From NCBI GenBank assembly GCA_942491245.1, contig CALNZT010000001.1, positions 960 to 64,959 of the forward strand: DNA of 64,000 nucleotides, in the 5' to 3' direction. The position numbers were made by a program, and so were the translations under genes. Positions 11,528 through 22,554 of the stretch are shown piece by piece. Source of the stretch: an uncultured Pseudomonadota bacterium (GTDB lineage Bacteria > Pseudomonadota > Gammaproteobacteria > Xanthomonadales > Wenzhouxiangellaceae). The notes under the pieces are model-generated. The model saw only the letters and a list, made by a program, of their open reading frames with translations, was not told the DNA's origin and did not search any database. Every line of letters begins with the position of its first letter. The stretch's first letter is position 1.

Positions 11528-13072
11528 TCAATCCTTGGCCCCGGTCCACGTCAATTCGTAAAGATCGAGACGCCGGTCGCGGAGATTCCGAACCGAGCCG
11601 TGCGAACGAATTTCACGCAGATTGTCCAGATCCAGGTCGGCAATCAGCATGGTTTCGGTGTTGGCAGTCGCTTCATGGGCTACAGCATCATGCGGAAAGG
11701 CGAAATCCGACGGCGTAAAGACGGCCGCCTGGGAATACTGCATATCCATGTTCTCGACCCCGGGCAGGTTGCCGACCGAGCCCGTGATCACCACGTAGCA
11801 CTCGTTTTCGATCGCACGCGCCTGGGCGCAGCGGCGGACGCGCAGGTAGGCGTTCTTGGTGTCGGTCCAGTACGGCACGAACAGGATGTGCATGCCCTGC
11901 TCGGCCATCAGCCGGGGGAGCTCCGGAAACTCGACGTCGTAACAGACCAGAATACCGATCTTGCCGAAATCGGTTTCAAAGACCTGAATCCGATTGCCGC
12001 CGGTCAAGCCCCAGTAGCTGACCTCGTCGGGGGTGACATGAAGCTTGTACTGGCGATCCCAGCTGCCGTCGCGGCGCAGCAGGTAGGAGACATTCCTGAG
12101 GTGATCGCCATCGTATTCAGGCATCGAACCGGCAATGATGTTGATGTTGTAGGAGACCGCGAACTTGCTCATCTGGTCACGTATCGCCTCGGTGTAACCG
12201 GCGAGCTGGCGCACGGCTTCGGCCGGTCCCTGGTCGTTCCAGGGGGCCATCATCGGGCCGTTGAAGAATTCCGGAAACAGCACGACGTCGGCCTGATAGC
12301 CGGACACCGCATCGACGAAATATTCGATCTGTGCGTAGAGGTCTTCAAGGGAACGGGTCGGTCGCATCTGCCACTGCACTGCGCCGATCCGCACATCCGA
12401 TGGCCGCCCGCCAATGACGCCGCTGTCCGGCTCCTCGAAATAGATATTGATCCACTCCAGCAGGGTCGCAAAACCCGCGGAATGCTCATCGTCCGGCAGG
12501 TAGCCACGAACGATTCGCCGAACCTGAAAATCATTGGCCAGCTGGAAGGTGAGGATCGGATCACGGAGTTCGCGTGACTGCACCTTGGCGACGTATTGCT
12601 GAGGCGTCATCTCTTCGGCGACCTTGTGATAACCGGGAATTCGTCCGCCAACGACAATGCCACGCAGATTCAGGCGCTCACATACCTCCTTACGGGCGTC
12701 ATAGAGTCGCCGACCCAGGCGCATGTCACGGTGATCGGGATGGACGAAGATATCGACGCCGTACAGCACATCGCCCTTGGGGTCATGGGTCGTCAGATAG
12801 CCGTTACCCACGATGTCGGAGTAGCGATGATCCTGACCCCAGCGGCTGTACTTCACGATCAGGGAGATTGCAGCAGCGATGACCTTACCGCTATCTTCAA
12901 TGCAGATCTGGCCTTCGGGAAAGCGCTGAATCTGGGACTCGAACTGGGCCCGCGTCCAGGCACCATCCAGCCCACCGGCGTAGACCCGCTCCATGATCTC
13001 GGCGATGTCGTCATAGTCTTCCACCCGGGTCGGGCGAAGAATGAGTCGGTGGGTTTCCGGGGTCTCGGACAT
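11528..13072 (-). CDS. GNAT acetyltransferase / carbon-nitrogen hydrolase fusion
   Basis: N-terminal VHPDHRDMRLGRRLY acetyl-CoA motif; C-terminal nitrilase triad E (FPEFF), K (QYKLH), C (LVCYD). Confidence 0.9.
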   Translation of the reverse strand: MSETPETHRLILRPTRVEDYDDIAEIMERVYAGGLDGAWTRAQFESQIQRFPEGQICIEDSGKVIAAAISLIVKYSRWGQDHRYSDIVGNGYLTTHDPKGDVLYGVDIFVHPDHRDMRLGRRLYDARKEVCERLNLRGIVVGGRIPGYHKVAEEMTPQQYVAKVQSRELRDPILTFQLANDFQVRRIVRGYLPDDEHSAGFATLLEWINIYFEEPDSGVIGGRPSDVRIGAVQWQMRPTRSLEDLYAQIEYFVDAVSGYQADVVLFPEFFNGPMMAPWNDQGPAEAVRQLAGYTEAIRDQMSKFAVSYNINIIAGSMPEYDGDHLRNVSYLLRRDGSWDRQYKLHVTPDEVSYWGLTGGNRIQVFETDFGKIGILVCYDVEFPELPRLMAEQGMHILFVPYWTDTKNAYLRVRRCAQARAIENECYVVITGSVGNLPGVENMDMQYSQAAVFTPSDFAFPHDAVAHEATANTETMLIADLDLDNLREIRSHGSVRNLRDRRLDLYELTWTGAKD

Positions 13073-13240
13073 GATCAGGCCTCGTTCGGGAAACCCGGAG
13101 CATAGCGCAGCTGGGTCGCGCTGGACACACCCGATTGGCTTCCGACTGGCCTCCAATTGTCATCCGACTGTCAGCGAGCCGACATGCACCTGCAATTCAG
13201 TCACCTTAGCCTTCGTATATTCAAAACTGGAGCCCATCGA

Positions 13241-14317
13241 ATGCGAATTCTGCTGGTCACGGATGCCTGGAAACCGCAGGTCAATGGCGTGGTTCGCACG
13301 CTTGAAACCACTAAAAGCACGCTGCAGCGTATGGGGCACCACGTTGTGATCCTCTCTCCTGAAGGCCGTCGCACCCTGCCCTGTCCGAGCTACCCCGAGA
13401 TTCGCCTGACCCTGCGGCCAGGCCATGCCGTGCGCCAGACCATGCAGAATGCACCCTTCGATGCGATTCATATCGCCACAGAGGGGCCGCTGGGCCTTGC
13501 CGCTCGCAACTACTGTGTTCGAAGAAACATTCCTTTCACAAGTTCGTATCACACCCGGTTTCCCGAATATCTGCGCTTGCGCGCACCGATTCCGCTGGCC
13601 TGGAGCTATGCCTATCTGCGCTGGTATCACGGCCCGGCCGCGCGCACCCTGGTCAGGACCGAAACCCAGCGCAGGCTGTTGGGTGATCGCGGCTTCAGGC
13701 ATCTCGATGTCTGGCCCGGCGGCGTTGACACCACGCTGTTCCGTCCCCGTAGTCGGGACTATCTGCGCTTGCCCAGACCAATTGCGATGTATACGGGCCG
13801 GGTCTCGAGCGAAAAGAATCTGGAAGCCTTTCTCGACCTCGACGTGCGCGGCAGCAAGGTGATCATCGGTTCAGGCCCGGCACTCGAGCGTTTGAAGGCA
13901 CGCTATCCCGAAGCGCATTTTCTCGGCTATCGACACGGTGAAGAGCTCGCCCGATGCCTGGCTTCTGCCGATCTGTTTGTGTTTCCCAGCCGCACCGATA
14001 CGCTGGGACTGGTCATGCTGGAAGCTCTGGCCTGTGGCGTTCCGGTCGCTGCCTTCCCGGTTCCGGGCCCGATCGATCTGATCACCGATGGCGCCAACGG
14101 CGCGCTCGACGAAAACCTTGCCGCAGCGTATTACCGGGCGCTGTCGATCGAGCCCACCGCCTGCGTCGAGTTTGCCGAGAAGTTCTCCTGGGAACGCTGT
14201 ACCGAGCGCTTGCTGGCCCTGCTTCGTCCATTGGACACGGCAGCTCCGTATAATCGGACCCCATGCAAATCAGCCCACCCGGACCAGAAAGCCGAATCTA
14301 TCGCCCTGTCGAGCTGA
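13241..14317 (+). CDS. Glycosyltransferase, GT4 family
   Basis: MRILLVTDAWKPQVNGVV start, HIATEGPLG, FPSRTDTLGLVMLEALACGVPV. Confidence 0.9.
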   Translation: MRILLVTDAWKPQVNGVVRTLETTKSTLQRMGHHVVILSPEGRRTLPCPSYPEIRLTLRPGHAVRQTMQNAPFDAIHIATEGPLGLAARNYCVRRNIPFTSSYHTRFPEYLRLRAPIPLAWSYAYLRWYHGPAARTLVRTETQRRLLGDRGFRHLDVWPGGVDTTLFRPRSRDYLRLPRPIAMYTGRVSSEKNLEAFLDLDVRGSKVIIGSGPALERLKARYPEAHFLGYRHGEELARCLASADLFVFPSRTDTLGLVMLEALACGVPVAAFPVPGPIDLITDGANGALDENLAAAYYRALSIEPTACVEFAEKFSWERCTERLLALLRPLDTAAPYNRTPCKSAHPDQKAESIALSS

Positions 14318-15630
14318 ATCAGGAAGTCAAGCTGCATCTTGAAGCCGGGTTTCCGCGGCTCTGGATCGAGGCCGAACTCTCCAATCTGGCCCGCCCCGCG
14401 TCCGGACATCTCTATTTCACGCTGAAAGACGCGCGCGCCCAGATTCGCTGCGCGCTGTTCAGGGGCAACGCGGGCAGTATCCGGTTCAAGCCCGATAACG
14501 GCATGAAGGTGCTGGTTCGCGGACGTTTGAGCCTGTACGAGGCGCGTGGCGACTATCAGCTGATCGCAGATGCCATGCTGGAAGCCGGTGCGGGCAGTCT
14601 TCAGCAGGCGTTCGACGCGATACGCAAGACACTCGAGTCCGAAGGCCTGTTCGAGCAGGAACGCAAGAAAGCCCTGCCCCGATGGCCTGAACGCATTGCG
14701 GTGGTCACCTCACCGTCGGGTGCTGCCGTTCGAGACATTCTCAAGGTCTTGTCCCAGCGTTGGCCAGCGGCCCGAATCCGCATCTACCCCACGCTTGTCC
14801 AAGGCGAGGCCGCTGCGCCAAAGATCATCGAAGCCCTGCGTGCCGCTGATCGTCATGGCTTCGGTGACGTCATCGTACTGGCGCGAGGTGGTGGCTCACT
14901 GGAAGATCTCTGGGCCTTCAACGATGAGGCGCTGGCTCGAACGATTGCCGCGTGCTCGACGCCGGTGGTCACGGGTATCGGGCACGAAACCGACACCACC
15001 ATTGCCGATTATGTCGCAGACCTTCGCACGCCTACGCCCAGCGCGGCAGCCGCCGCCGTCACGCCCGATGGCCCGGCGCTGTCGAATCAGCTGCGAACGC
15101 TGGACCGACGGCGACAGCGAAGTATCGACAACGCGCTCAATCGACAGGCCCAGACCATTGACTACCTCAGGCGCCGACTGGACCAGCATCATCCCCAACG
15201 ACGACTCGATGCGATCGAGGAGCGCCTGAGCCAGCTGCAGCGACGCCTGAATCGATCGCAGCTGCAGCGTATCGAGGCCGGCGCCAACCGCCTGTCGGCG
15301 CTGGATCATCGACTGGCCGGTCGAAACCCGCAGCGCCAGATCGAACGGTCACGAATCGCGCTCATCCAATGTCATGAGCGTCTGCTAAGGGCGCAGCGAT
15401 TGATAATCGATCGATCAAGTACGCGCTTGAGCCATCTGCTGCGGCAGTTGAATGCGATCAGCCCTTTGAACGTGCTCGAGCGCGGGTACGGCGTTATTCG
15501 CGATCCGGATGGCGCAGCGCTGACCCGCAAGGAAGACTTCAATAAAAACAAGATTATCAATATCTTGATGAATGAATTTGAAGTTGATGCTGAGATAAAA
15601 TCCAACCCGCGTCCCGCCCGATTGCCGTGA
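14263..15630 (+). CDS. xseA: Exodeoxyribonuclease VII large subunit
   Basis: SGHLYFTLKD OB fold, VVTSPSGAAVRD, RGGGSLEDLWAFN, GHETD, LERGY. Confidence 0.95.
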   Translation: MQISPPGPESRIYRPVELNQEVKLHLEAGFPRLWIEAELSNLARPASGHLYFTLKDARAQIRCALFRGNAGSIRFKPDNGMKVLVRGRLSLYEARGDYQLIADAMLEAGAGSLQQAFDAIRKTLESEGLFEQERKKALPRWPERIAVVTSPSGAAVRDILKVLSQRWPAARIRIYPTLVQGEAAAPKIIEALRAADRHGFGDVIVLARGGGSLEDLWAFNDEALARTIAACSTPVVTGIGHETDTTIADYVADLRTPTPSAAAAAVTPDGPALSNQLRTLDRRRQRSIDNALNRQAQTIDYLRRRLDQHHPQRRLDAIEERLSQLQRRLNRSQLQRIEAGANRLSALDHRLAGRNPQRQIERSRIALIQCHERLLRAQRLIIDRSSTRLSHLLRQLNAISPLNVLERGYGVIRDPDGAALTRKEDFNKNKIINILMNEFEVDAEIKSNPRPARLP

Positions 15631-16211
15631 TCAGAACGCTCAGCCAGCCGGCCCGATTCGAACAGGAAATCAAGAAAAGCCGCTTTATTGCGCACGCCCT
15701 GCACTGCCCCAGCGAGCACGATGCACGCGATTTTCTGCAGCACATTGGCGACCCTGGCGCTACCCACAATTGCTGGGCCTGGAAATCGGGGCAGCTGTAT
15801 CGCTTCGAAGACGACGGTGAACCGGGAGGTACAGCCGGCCGGCCGATTCTGGCCGCTATCGAGAATCAGGATATGGATCAGGTCGCGGTTGTGGTCATTC
15901 GCTATTACGGCGGGATCAAGCTGGGCACCGGCGGCCTGGCCAGAGCCTACGGCGGCAGCGCGGCTGAATGTCTGCGCACCGCGCCCAGTCAGCCGCTGAT
16001 TGCCAAGACCGTCATCACGGTCAGTCTGCCCTTCGAGCTGGTCGCCGTTGCCCATCAGATCATGCAGCGGCATGACGCCGAAAAACTCGAAGAGCATTAC
16101 AGCAACGAGGGACTCGAATTGAAAATCGAGTGCCCGATCGACCAGTTGGGCACCCTGGCCGATGAACTGAACGATGCCAGCGCCGGCCGGGCTGAAATCA
16201 GATCAGATTGA
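15627..16211 (+). CDS. YigZ/IMPACT family protein
   Basis: EIKKSRFIA, ATHNCWAW, DDGEPGGTAG, RYYGGIKLGTGGL. Confidence 0.92.
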   Translation: MIRTLSQPARFEQEIKKSRFIAHALHCPSEHDARDFLQHIGDPGATHNCWAWKSGQLYRFEDDGEPGGTAGRPILAAIENQDMDQVAVVVIRYYGGIKLGTGGLARAYGGSAAECLRTAPSQPLIAKTVITVSLPFELVAVAHQIMQRHDAEKLEEHYSNEGLELKIECPIDQLGTLADELNDASAGRAEIRSD

Positions 16212-17145
16212 TTTCGCGCAGCCGCTGCATCAGGTAGCCATGCGAGGTGATCGGCTCCGGGTAACGGTTCGGGTTTTCATCGCTGATGCACTGCGGCAGC
16301 GTTTCGATAAGGAAATCCGGATTGGGGTGCAGGAAGAACGGAATCGAATAGCGTGCCTGGCGGGCTGATTCACCCGGCGGATTGACCACCCGGTGGGTCG
16401 TGGAGGGATACACGTGATTGGTCAGTCGCTGCAGCATGTCGCCGACATTGACGACGATGCTGCCCGGCAAGGTACTCACCGGCACCCAGTGCCCATCGCG
16501 CGACAGAATCTCCAGGCCCTGCTCCTTCGAACCGATCAACAGCGTGATCAAGTTGATATCTTCGTGCTGGGCCGCGCGCACCGCGCCCGGCTCGATCTTG
16601 CCGATCGGTGGATAGTGGATCGGGCGAAGAATGGAGTTGCCGAAGTTCGTCTTGTCGGCGAACCAGTCTTTCGGCAAGCCGATGTCCAGGGCCAGCGCCG
16701 ACAGGATGCGCGAACCCGTCGAATCCAGCGCCTTATAGAGCGCCAGCGCAGCCGTACGGAAGTTTTCCACCTCCTTCGGCCACAGGTTGGGCGTCAGAAT
16801 ATCGGGCGCCGGGTTCTGGGCCTCAGCCACCTCGCGGCCGACGTGCCAGAACTCCTTGAGATCGGGGACGTCATGGCCCTTGGCCTGCTCTACACCGAAA
16901 CCCGTGTAGCCCCGGGCCCCGCCACTGCCGCTCAGGTGGTAGTGTTGCTTGACCTCGGCCGGGAGGGCGAAAAAGGCCTTGAAGGCATCGTAGGCTTGCT
17001 CGATGATCGCGTCATCCACGCCGTGGTCACGGATACCGACAAAGCCGGTTTCGCGCCAGGCCTGACCCAGGGCATCGCTGAAGGTGCCTTTACGACCATT
17101 GAAATCACTCAGCGAGAGTACGGGAACTTCGGGGCTGTGATTCAT
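16198..17145 (-). CDS. Isopenicillin N synthase family 2OG-Fe(II) oxygenase
   Basis: HxD (HEDINLITLL), distal His (STTHRV) and RYS motif. Confidence 0.9.
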   Translation of the reverse strand: MNHSPEVPVLSLSDFNGRKGTFSDALGQAWRETGFVGIRDHGVDDAIIEQAYDAFKAFFALPAEVKQHYHLSGSGGARGYTGFGVEQAKGHDVPDLKEFWHVGREVAEAQNPAPDILTPNLWPKEVENFRTAALALYKALDSTGSRILSALALDIGLPKDWFADKTNFGNSILRPIHYPPIGKIEPGAVRAAQHEDINLITLLIGSKEQGLEILSRDGHWVPVSTLPGSIVVNVGDMLQRLTNHVYPSTTHRVVNPPGESARQARYSIPFFLHPNPDFLIETLPQCISDENPNRYPEPITSHGYLMQRLREINLI

Positions 17146-18494
17146 TTCTGACTTGCCTCATGAACGGCTCGGGCCAGGTGCTCGGCCAGTTGTTGAACCT
17201 GCTTGGGCTCGCGTCCTTCGACGGTGACCCGGACGACCGGCTCGGTGCCCGAAGGCCGGAGAATGACGCGGCCCTGTTCACTCAAGGTGCGCTCGACGAG
17301 CTGTACCGCCTCGGCAAGCCGCGAATCATCGCGCACCAGTGCACCGGCGTTCCCCTCTACGGGCACGTTGATCATCACTTGCGGATACTTGAACATGCCC
17401 TCGGTCAGAGCCTTGAGCGACTGGCGAGTGCGGGCAACCACTTCCAGCACTTGCAGTGCGCTGACGATCCCACAGCCGGTCATGGCGCGATCCAGACACA
17501 GGATGTGACCTGAAGCCTCACCGCCAAGCACCCAGTCGCGTTTCCGCAACTGCTCTTGCACGTGCCGATCACCGACAGCGCTGCGCTCGAAAGGAATCCC
17601 CATGTCCTGGAACGCTTCTTCCAGCCCGAAATTACTCATCACGGTACCAACCACACCGCCCTGCAGGCCGCCGTTGGCCTGACGCGCCGCAGCCAGCACA
17701 AACAGAATCTGATCACCATCGACAATCGCGCCTTCGTGATCGACCAGCAGCACGCGATCGCCATCACCATCGAAGGCGATTCCCAGATCGGCACGCTCTT
17801 CCAGCACCCGGCGGGCCAGACTGTCAGGATGCGTGGACCCGCACTGCAGGTTGATATTGAGACCGTCCGGCTGATCATGAATCGCGACCACCTCGGCACC
17901 CAGCTCGGAAAAAACGCTAGGCGCAATTCGATAGGTTGCGCCATTGGCGCAGTCGACGACGACCTTCAAACCATCCAGATGGGTTCCATAGGGGACGGTG
18001 GCCTTGCAATATTCGATATAGCGGCCCGTGGCATCATCGATACGACGGGCCTTTCCGAGCCGGTGCGGCGGAACCTGCTCGATGTCGAACGCCAGCTCCG
18101 ATTCGATTTCATCCTGCAGCGCTGTCGGCAGCTTTTCGCCTTCGGCAGAGAAGAACTTGACCCCATTGTCTTCATACGGGTTGTGCGAGGCCGAAATGAC
18201 GACACCGGCGACGGCCCCCAGGCTACGGGTCAGGTGGGCGACTGCCGGGGTGGGCATGGGACCGAGCAATACGATATCCACGCCTGCAGCCGAAAAGCCG
18301 GCTTCCAGGGCAGACTCGAAAAGATAGCCCGAAATCCGCGTGTCCTTGCCGATCACGACGGTGGGGTGCTCGCGTGATTGACGCGCAAACACGCGCCCGG
18401 CAGCCCAGCCCAGTTTGAGCAGAAAATCCACGGTGATTGGCGGGTCGCCGACGCGACCGCGAATCCCGTCGGTTCCGAAATAGCTGTTTCCCAT
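17142..18494 (-). CDS. glmM: Phosphoglucosamine mutase
   Basis: FGTDGIRG, SASHNP, DGDGDR, RPSGTEP; conserved ftsH-folP-glmM order. Confidence 0.95.
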   Translation of the reverse strand: MGNSYFGTDGIRGRVGDPPITVDFLLKLGWAAGRVFARQSREHPTVVIGKDTRISGYLFESALEAGFSAAGVDIVLLGPMPTPAVAHLTRSLGAVAGVVISASHNPYEDNGVKFFSAEGEKLPTALQDEIESELAFDIEQVPPHRLGKARRIDDATGRYIEYCKATVPYGTHLDGLKVVVDCANGATYRIAPSVFSELGAEVVAIHDQPDGLNINLQCGSTHPDSLARRVLEERADLGIAFDGDGDRVLLVDHEGAIVDGDQILFVLAAARQANGGLQGGVVGTVMSNFGLEEAFQDMGIPFERSAVGDRHVQEQLRKRDWVLGGEASGHILCLDRAMTGCGIVSALQVLEVVARTRQSLKALTEGMFKYPQVMINVPVEGNAGALVRDDSRLAEAVQLVERTLSEQGRVILRPSGTEPVVRVTVEGREPKQVQQLAEHLARAVHEASQK

Positions 18495-18504
18495 GGGCGC
18501 TATT

Positions 18505-19347
18505 CTACTGCCTGTCTGCCGTCCGGGTCGCATTCCAGACTTTGATCACATCGACGGTCTCGGCTACGTCGTGCACGCGCAGTATGGCCGCGCCGTGCTG
18601 CGCCGCCAGAAGCGCCGCGGCCAGTGAGGCTGCCAGCCGATCATCGGTCGCGCTTCGACCCGTGATCATGCCGAGCATGGATTTACGCGATAGGCCCGCC
18701 AGTACCGGCACGCCGAGCCTGCGAAGTTCCTCGATGCCGTTAAGCAGGCCCAGGTTGTGGGCCAGCGTCTTGCCAAAGCCGAAGCCGGGATCGATCACCA
18801 GATGACGACGCTTGATTCCTGCCGCCAGACAGGCGTCGATGCGCTGGTCAAGAAACGCGGCGACGTCCGCAACCACATCGTGATATTCGGGATTCTGCTG
18901 CATGGTTCGCGGCTCGCCACGCATATGCATCAGGCACACGGGCACCGCTAGTTCAGCCGCCGCCTCGAGGGCCCCCGGATTGCCCAGCGCTGAGACATCG
19001 TTAATCATGTCCGCGCCTGCGCGAACGGCCGCCCGCATGACCTCGGCTTTGCTGGTGTCGATCGAGATCGGGCAACGGGTCGCCCGGCGCAGCCCTTCAA
19101 TCACCGGGATCACCCGTTCAAGCTCGGCATCCTGGCTGACCGCTTCTGCCCCAGGACGCGTGGATTCACCGCCGATATCGAGAATATCCGCGCCCTGCTC
19201 CACAAGGCTCAGGCCATGTTCGATGGCCTGTTCAGACTGCGCGTATCGCCCGCCGTCAGAGAACGAGTCGGGCGTGACATTGACGATGCCCATGATGACG
19301 GGACAGCGCGTCTCATGCGCCTCCAGGATGTTTTCAATCAACTGCAT
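18505..19347 (-). CDS. folP: Dihydropteroate synthase
   Basis: NVTPDSFSDGG, DIGGESTRPG, DPGFGFGK, SRKS, RVHDV. Confidence 0.96.
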   Translation of the reverse strand: MQLIENILEAHETRCPVIMGIVNVTPDSFSDGGRYAQSEQAIEHGLSLVEQGADILDIGGESTRPGAEAVSQDAELERVIPVIEGLRRATRCPISIDTSKAEVMRAAVRAGADMINDVSALGNPGALEAAAELAVPVCLMHMRGEPRTMQQNPEYHDVVADVAAFLDQRIDACLAAGIKRRHLVIDPGFGFGKTLAHNLGLLNGIEELRRLGVPVLAGLSRKSMLGMITGRSATDDRLAASLAAALLAAQHGAAILRVHDVAETVDVIKVWNATRTADRQ

Positions 19348-19379
19348 GGTAAAGGCCTGTGCTGATCCAGAAAGTAGCC

Positions 19380-19410
19380 AAAAAAAAGCCGCCGCGGAGA
19401 CCGCAGCGGC
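19380..19410 (-). terminator. Intrinsic terminator after ftsH
   Basis: Minus strand GCCGCTGCGG-TCT-CCGCGGCGGC followed by T8. Confidence 0.8.
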
Positions 19411-19436
19411 CGTTCAGTCACATCCCATCCAGGGTA

Positions 19437-21374
19437 TCAGCCGGGGGCTGGTTCGCCTGAAGGCTCCTCGCCGTCGTCCTGATTGTCGATCGACTTCGGC
19501 TTGGCACCAGAACCGGGCTTTCCATCGCCCTCATTCCAGTTGTCAGGTGGGTCCGGAACCTCGCCCTTCATGATCTGATCAATCTGCTTGACGTCGATCG
19601 TTTCGTATTTCATCAAGGCATCCGCCATCAGATCGAGCTTGTCGCGGTTGCTCTCGAGTATCTCGGTGGTGATCCGGTAGGCCTGATCGATGATCTTGCG
19701 CACTTCGGCATCCAGCTCCCGGTGCGTCTCGTCCGAAATATGCTTGTGCTGAGTCACCGAGCGACCGAGGAACACTTCGTCTTCGTTCTCACCGTAAGCC
19801 AGCGGACCCATGGTTTCGGACAGCCCCCATTTGGTCACCATGTTCCGGGCCAGCTGGGAAGCGCGTTCGATGTCGTTGGAGGCCCCTGTGGTCACGGCGT
19901 CCTTGCCGAAAATCAGCTCCTCGGCTACCCGACCGCCGTACAGACTCGCAAGCTGTGAATGAATCTGCTGGCGGGTCAGCGAGTACTTGTCCTGCTCGGG
20001 CAGAAACATGGTCACACCCAGAGCGCGACCGCGCGGAATGATCGTGACCTTGTAGACAGGATCATGATCCGGCACCAGGCGTCCGACAATCGCATGACCG
20101 GCCTCGTGATAGGCCGTCAGCAGTTTCTCCTTCTCGGACATCGCCATGGACTTGCGCTCGGCGCCCATCATGATCTTGTCCTTGGCCTGCTCGAAGTGAT
20201 CGTGATTTACGGTCTTCGAATCATGCCGAGCGGCGAACAGCGCTGCCTCATTGACCAGATTAGCCAGGTCAGCACCTGAAAATCCGGGAGTGCCGCGCGC
20301 CAGGTCGTGCGGTCGCACGTCATCACCTACCGGGACCTTGCGCATGTGCACGCCGAGAATCTGCTCACGACCCTGCAGATCGGGCAGACCGACCACGACC
20401 TGACGATCGAAGCGACCGGGGCGCAGCAAGGCCGGATCCAGCACGTCGGGCCGGTTGGTCGCGGCGATCAGGATGATGCCTTCATTTCCTTCGAAGCCAT
20501 CCATTTCGACCAGCAGCTGGTTCAGGGTCTGCTCGCGCTCATCGTGACCGCCGCCGAGGCCGGCCCCGCGGTGGCGACCCACCGCATCGATTTCGTCGAT
20601 GAAGATGATGCATGGCGCATGCTTCTTGGCGGTCTCGAACATGTCTCGAACGCGTGAGGCACCGACACCGACGAACATTTCGACGAAGTCGGAACCCGAA
20701 ATCGAGAAGAACGGAACCTTCGCCTCACCCGCGATGGCGCGTGCCAGCAGCGTCTTGCCGGTACCCGGCGGGCCGACCATCAGTATGCCCTTGGGAATAT
20801 GGCCGCCCAGACGCTGGAATTTGGACGGATCACGCAGGAAGTCGACCACCTCGGTCACTTCTTCCTTTGCCTCTTCGCAGCCGGCGACGTCCTTGAAGGT
20901 GACCTTGACCTGGTCTTCGCCCTGCAACTTGGCGCGCGACTTGCCGAAGCTCATCGCTCCGCCGCGACCGCCCACGCCGCCGCCCTGCATCTGGCGCATG
21001 AAGTAGATCCACAAACCCACCAGCACAAGAACCGGTAGCAGGCTTATCAGGATATCGACGAAGACTGAGCGCCCCTGAGGCTTCTTGCCTTCGACCACCA
21101 CCCCGGAATCGAGCAGATCCTTCATCAATCCGTCATCACGAGGACCCAGCGTCTCGAAACGTGCGCCGTCCCGCGTCTGGCCGCTGATCAGCGAAACACC
21201 CGGCGACTCCTCAATCGTCACGCGCTCGATGGAACCGCTGCGGACCTGATCCAGGAAGGTGGAATAGGCCATCTCCGCCGGACTTTCCTGGGGCTGAGAG
21301 TAGTAGTTGAAAACGCTCATCAGGACCATCGCAATGATGATCCACATGACCAGATTCTTGGCAAACTCGCTCAA
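19437..21374 (-). CDS. ftsH: ATP-dependent zinc metalloprotease FtsH
   Basis: Two TM helices, [26 protein letters not shown]. Confidence 0.97.
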   Translation of the reverse strand: MSEFAKNLVMWIIIAMVLMSVFNYYSQPQESPAEMAYSTFLDQVRSGSIERVTIEESPGVSLISGQTRDGARFETLGPRDDGLMKDLLDSGVVVEGKKPQGRSVFVDILISLLPVLVLVGLWIYFMRQMQGGGVGGRGGAMSFGKSRAKLQGEDQVKVTFKDVAGCEEAKEEVTEVVDFLRDPSKFQRLGGHIPKGILMVGPPGTGKTLLARAIAGEAKVPFFSISGSDFVEMFVGVGASRVRDMFETAKKHAPCIIFIDEIDAVGRHRGAGLGGGHDEREQTLNQLLVEMDGFEGNEGIILIAATNRPDVLDPALLRPGRFDRQVVVGLPDLQGREQILGVHMRKVPVGDDVRPHDLARGTPGFSGADLANLVNEAALFAARHDSKTVNHDHFEQAKDKIMMGAERKSMAMSEKEKLLTAYHEAGHAIVGRLVPDHDPVYKVTIIPRGRALGVTMFLPEQDKYSLTRQQIHSQLASLYGGRVAEELIFGKDAVTTGASNDIERASQLARNMVTKWGLSETMGPLAYGENEDEVFLGRSVTQHKHISDETHRELDAEVRKIIDQAYRITTEILESNRDKLDLMADALMKYETIDVKQIDQIMKGEVPDPPDNWNEGDGKPGSGAKPKSIDNQDDGEEPSGEPAPG

Positions 21375-21420
21375 TTCAATTCTCCTGAGGCAGCATCATG
21401 AACGCCTGGCCTCGCTTGTG

Positions 21421-22041
21421 TCAGTTATCGCGGCGGCCGGAGCCCACGAGATACACTTCGCGACTCTCTGACCGTGATGATTCCGGTTTACGAACCTTAA
21501 CAGTTTTGAATGATCGCCGAAATTCAGTGAGCAGCTCGTCAAACCCGGCACCCTGAAAGACTTTGACCACCAGAAAACCACGCGGATCCAGCCAATCGCC
21601 CGCAAAGGCCAGGGCCAGTTCGGCCAGATGCACACTCCGCGCCTGATCAGACGGCGCGATACCTGATAAATTGGGGGCCATATCCGACAGCACAAGCCCG
21701 ACCTTCTCACCGGCCAGCACTTCTTCGAGCTGGTGCAGCACCTCGTCCTCTCGAAAGTCGCCCTGAATGAAGTCAACCCCGGCGATCGGATCCATTTCCA
21801 GCAGGTCAAGGCCGATCACCCTGGCCTCCGGGCCCAGGCGACGCCGAGCAACCTGACACCAACTGCCAGGCGCTGCGCCAAGATCCACCACGCGCTTGAC
21901 CCCGCGAAAAACCTGGTCCTTGGCATCGATCTCCAGCAGCTTGAAGGCTGCACGCGCACGATAGCCCTGTTCCCTCGCTTTCTTGACATAGGGATCGCTG
22001 TTCTGTCGCTTCTTCCAGGCTTTGCTCATGACAACGGACAA
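21421..22041 (-). CDS. rlmE: 23S rRNA U2552 2'-O-methyltransferase
   Basis: DLGAAPGSW, SDMAPN, KPESSRSESREVY; upstream of ftsH. Confidence 0.95.
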   Translation of the reverse strand: MSVVMSKAWKKRQNSDPYVKKAREQGYRARAAFKLLEIDAKDQVFRGVKRVVDLGAAPGSWCQVARRRLGPEARVIGLDLLEMDPIAGVDFIQGDFREDEVLHQLEEVLAGEKVGLVLSDMAPNLSGIAPSDQARSVHLAELALAFAGDWLDPRGFLVVKVFQGAGFDELLTEFRRSFKTVKVRKPESSRSESREVYLVGSGRRDN

Positions 22042-22241
22042 CTTCTACTCAAAGACGGGTGGTGAAATGAGAAGGTGGTCAGCGGTGATTACCGCTGTTG
22101 GCCAGATCACCTTGCATCGCCAATAGTAACTGTTCCGGACGGCACCCTCACGCCCCATCCAGCCCCGCCACGGTGACAAGCACACAAGGCAGGGGGCTGC
22201 TCGTGCGATAATCCGGGTTTGATCACTCCGCAGGCAAAATC

Positions 22242-22538
22242 GTGTCCTTGAGCAACAGTCAGAAGAAATACCTTCGTGGCCTGACCCATTCTCTCGACCC
22301 CGTGGTCATGGTCGCTGACAAGGGTCTGAGCGAAAATGTCATGGCAGAAATCGAGCTGGCGCTCGAGCATCATGAGCTGATCAAGATCAAACTCAGGGGC
22401 GAGCGCGAAGATCGCAAGGCCTGGATTGCTCATATCGGCGCAACATGCCGCGCCGAGCTGGTCCATCAAATCGGCCAGGTGGCGTGTTTCTACCGCAAGA
22501 ATCCGAAGGCGCCAAAGGTCGCGCTACCAAGCAAATAA
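22242..22538 (+). CDS. yhbY: CRM-domain ribosome assembly RNA-binding protein
   Basis: LRGLTHSLDPVV, HELIKIK, QIGQV; divergent from rlmE as is usual. Confidence 0.9.
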   Translation: MSLSNSQKKYLRGLTHSLDPVVMVADKGLSENVMAEIELALEHHELIKIKLRGEREDRKAWIAHIGATCRAELVHQIGQVACFYRKNPKAPKVALPSK

Positions 22539-22554
22539 ACTACCGTATCGACCC

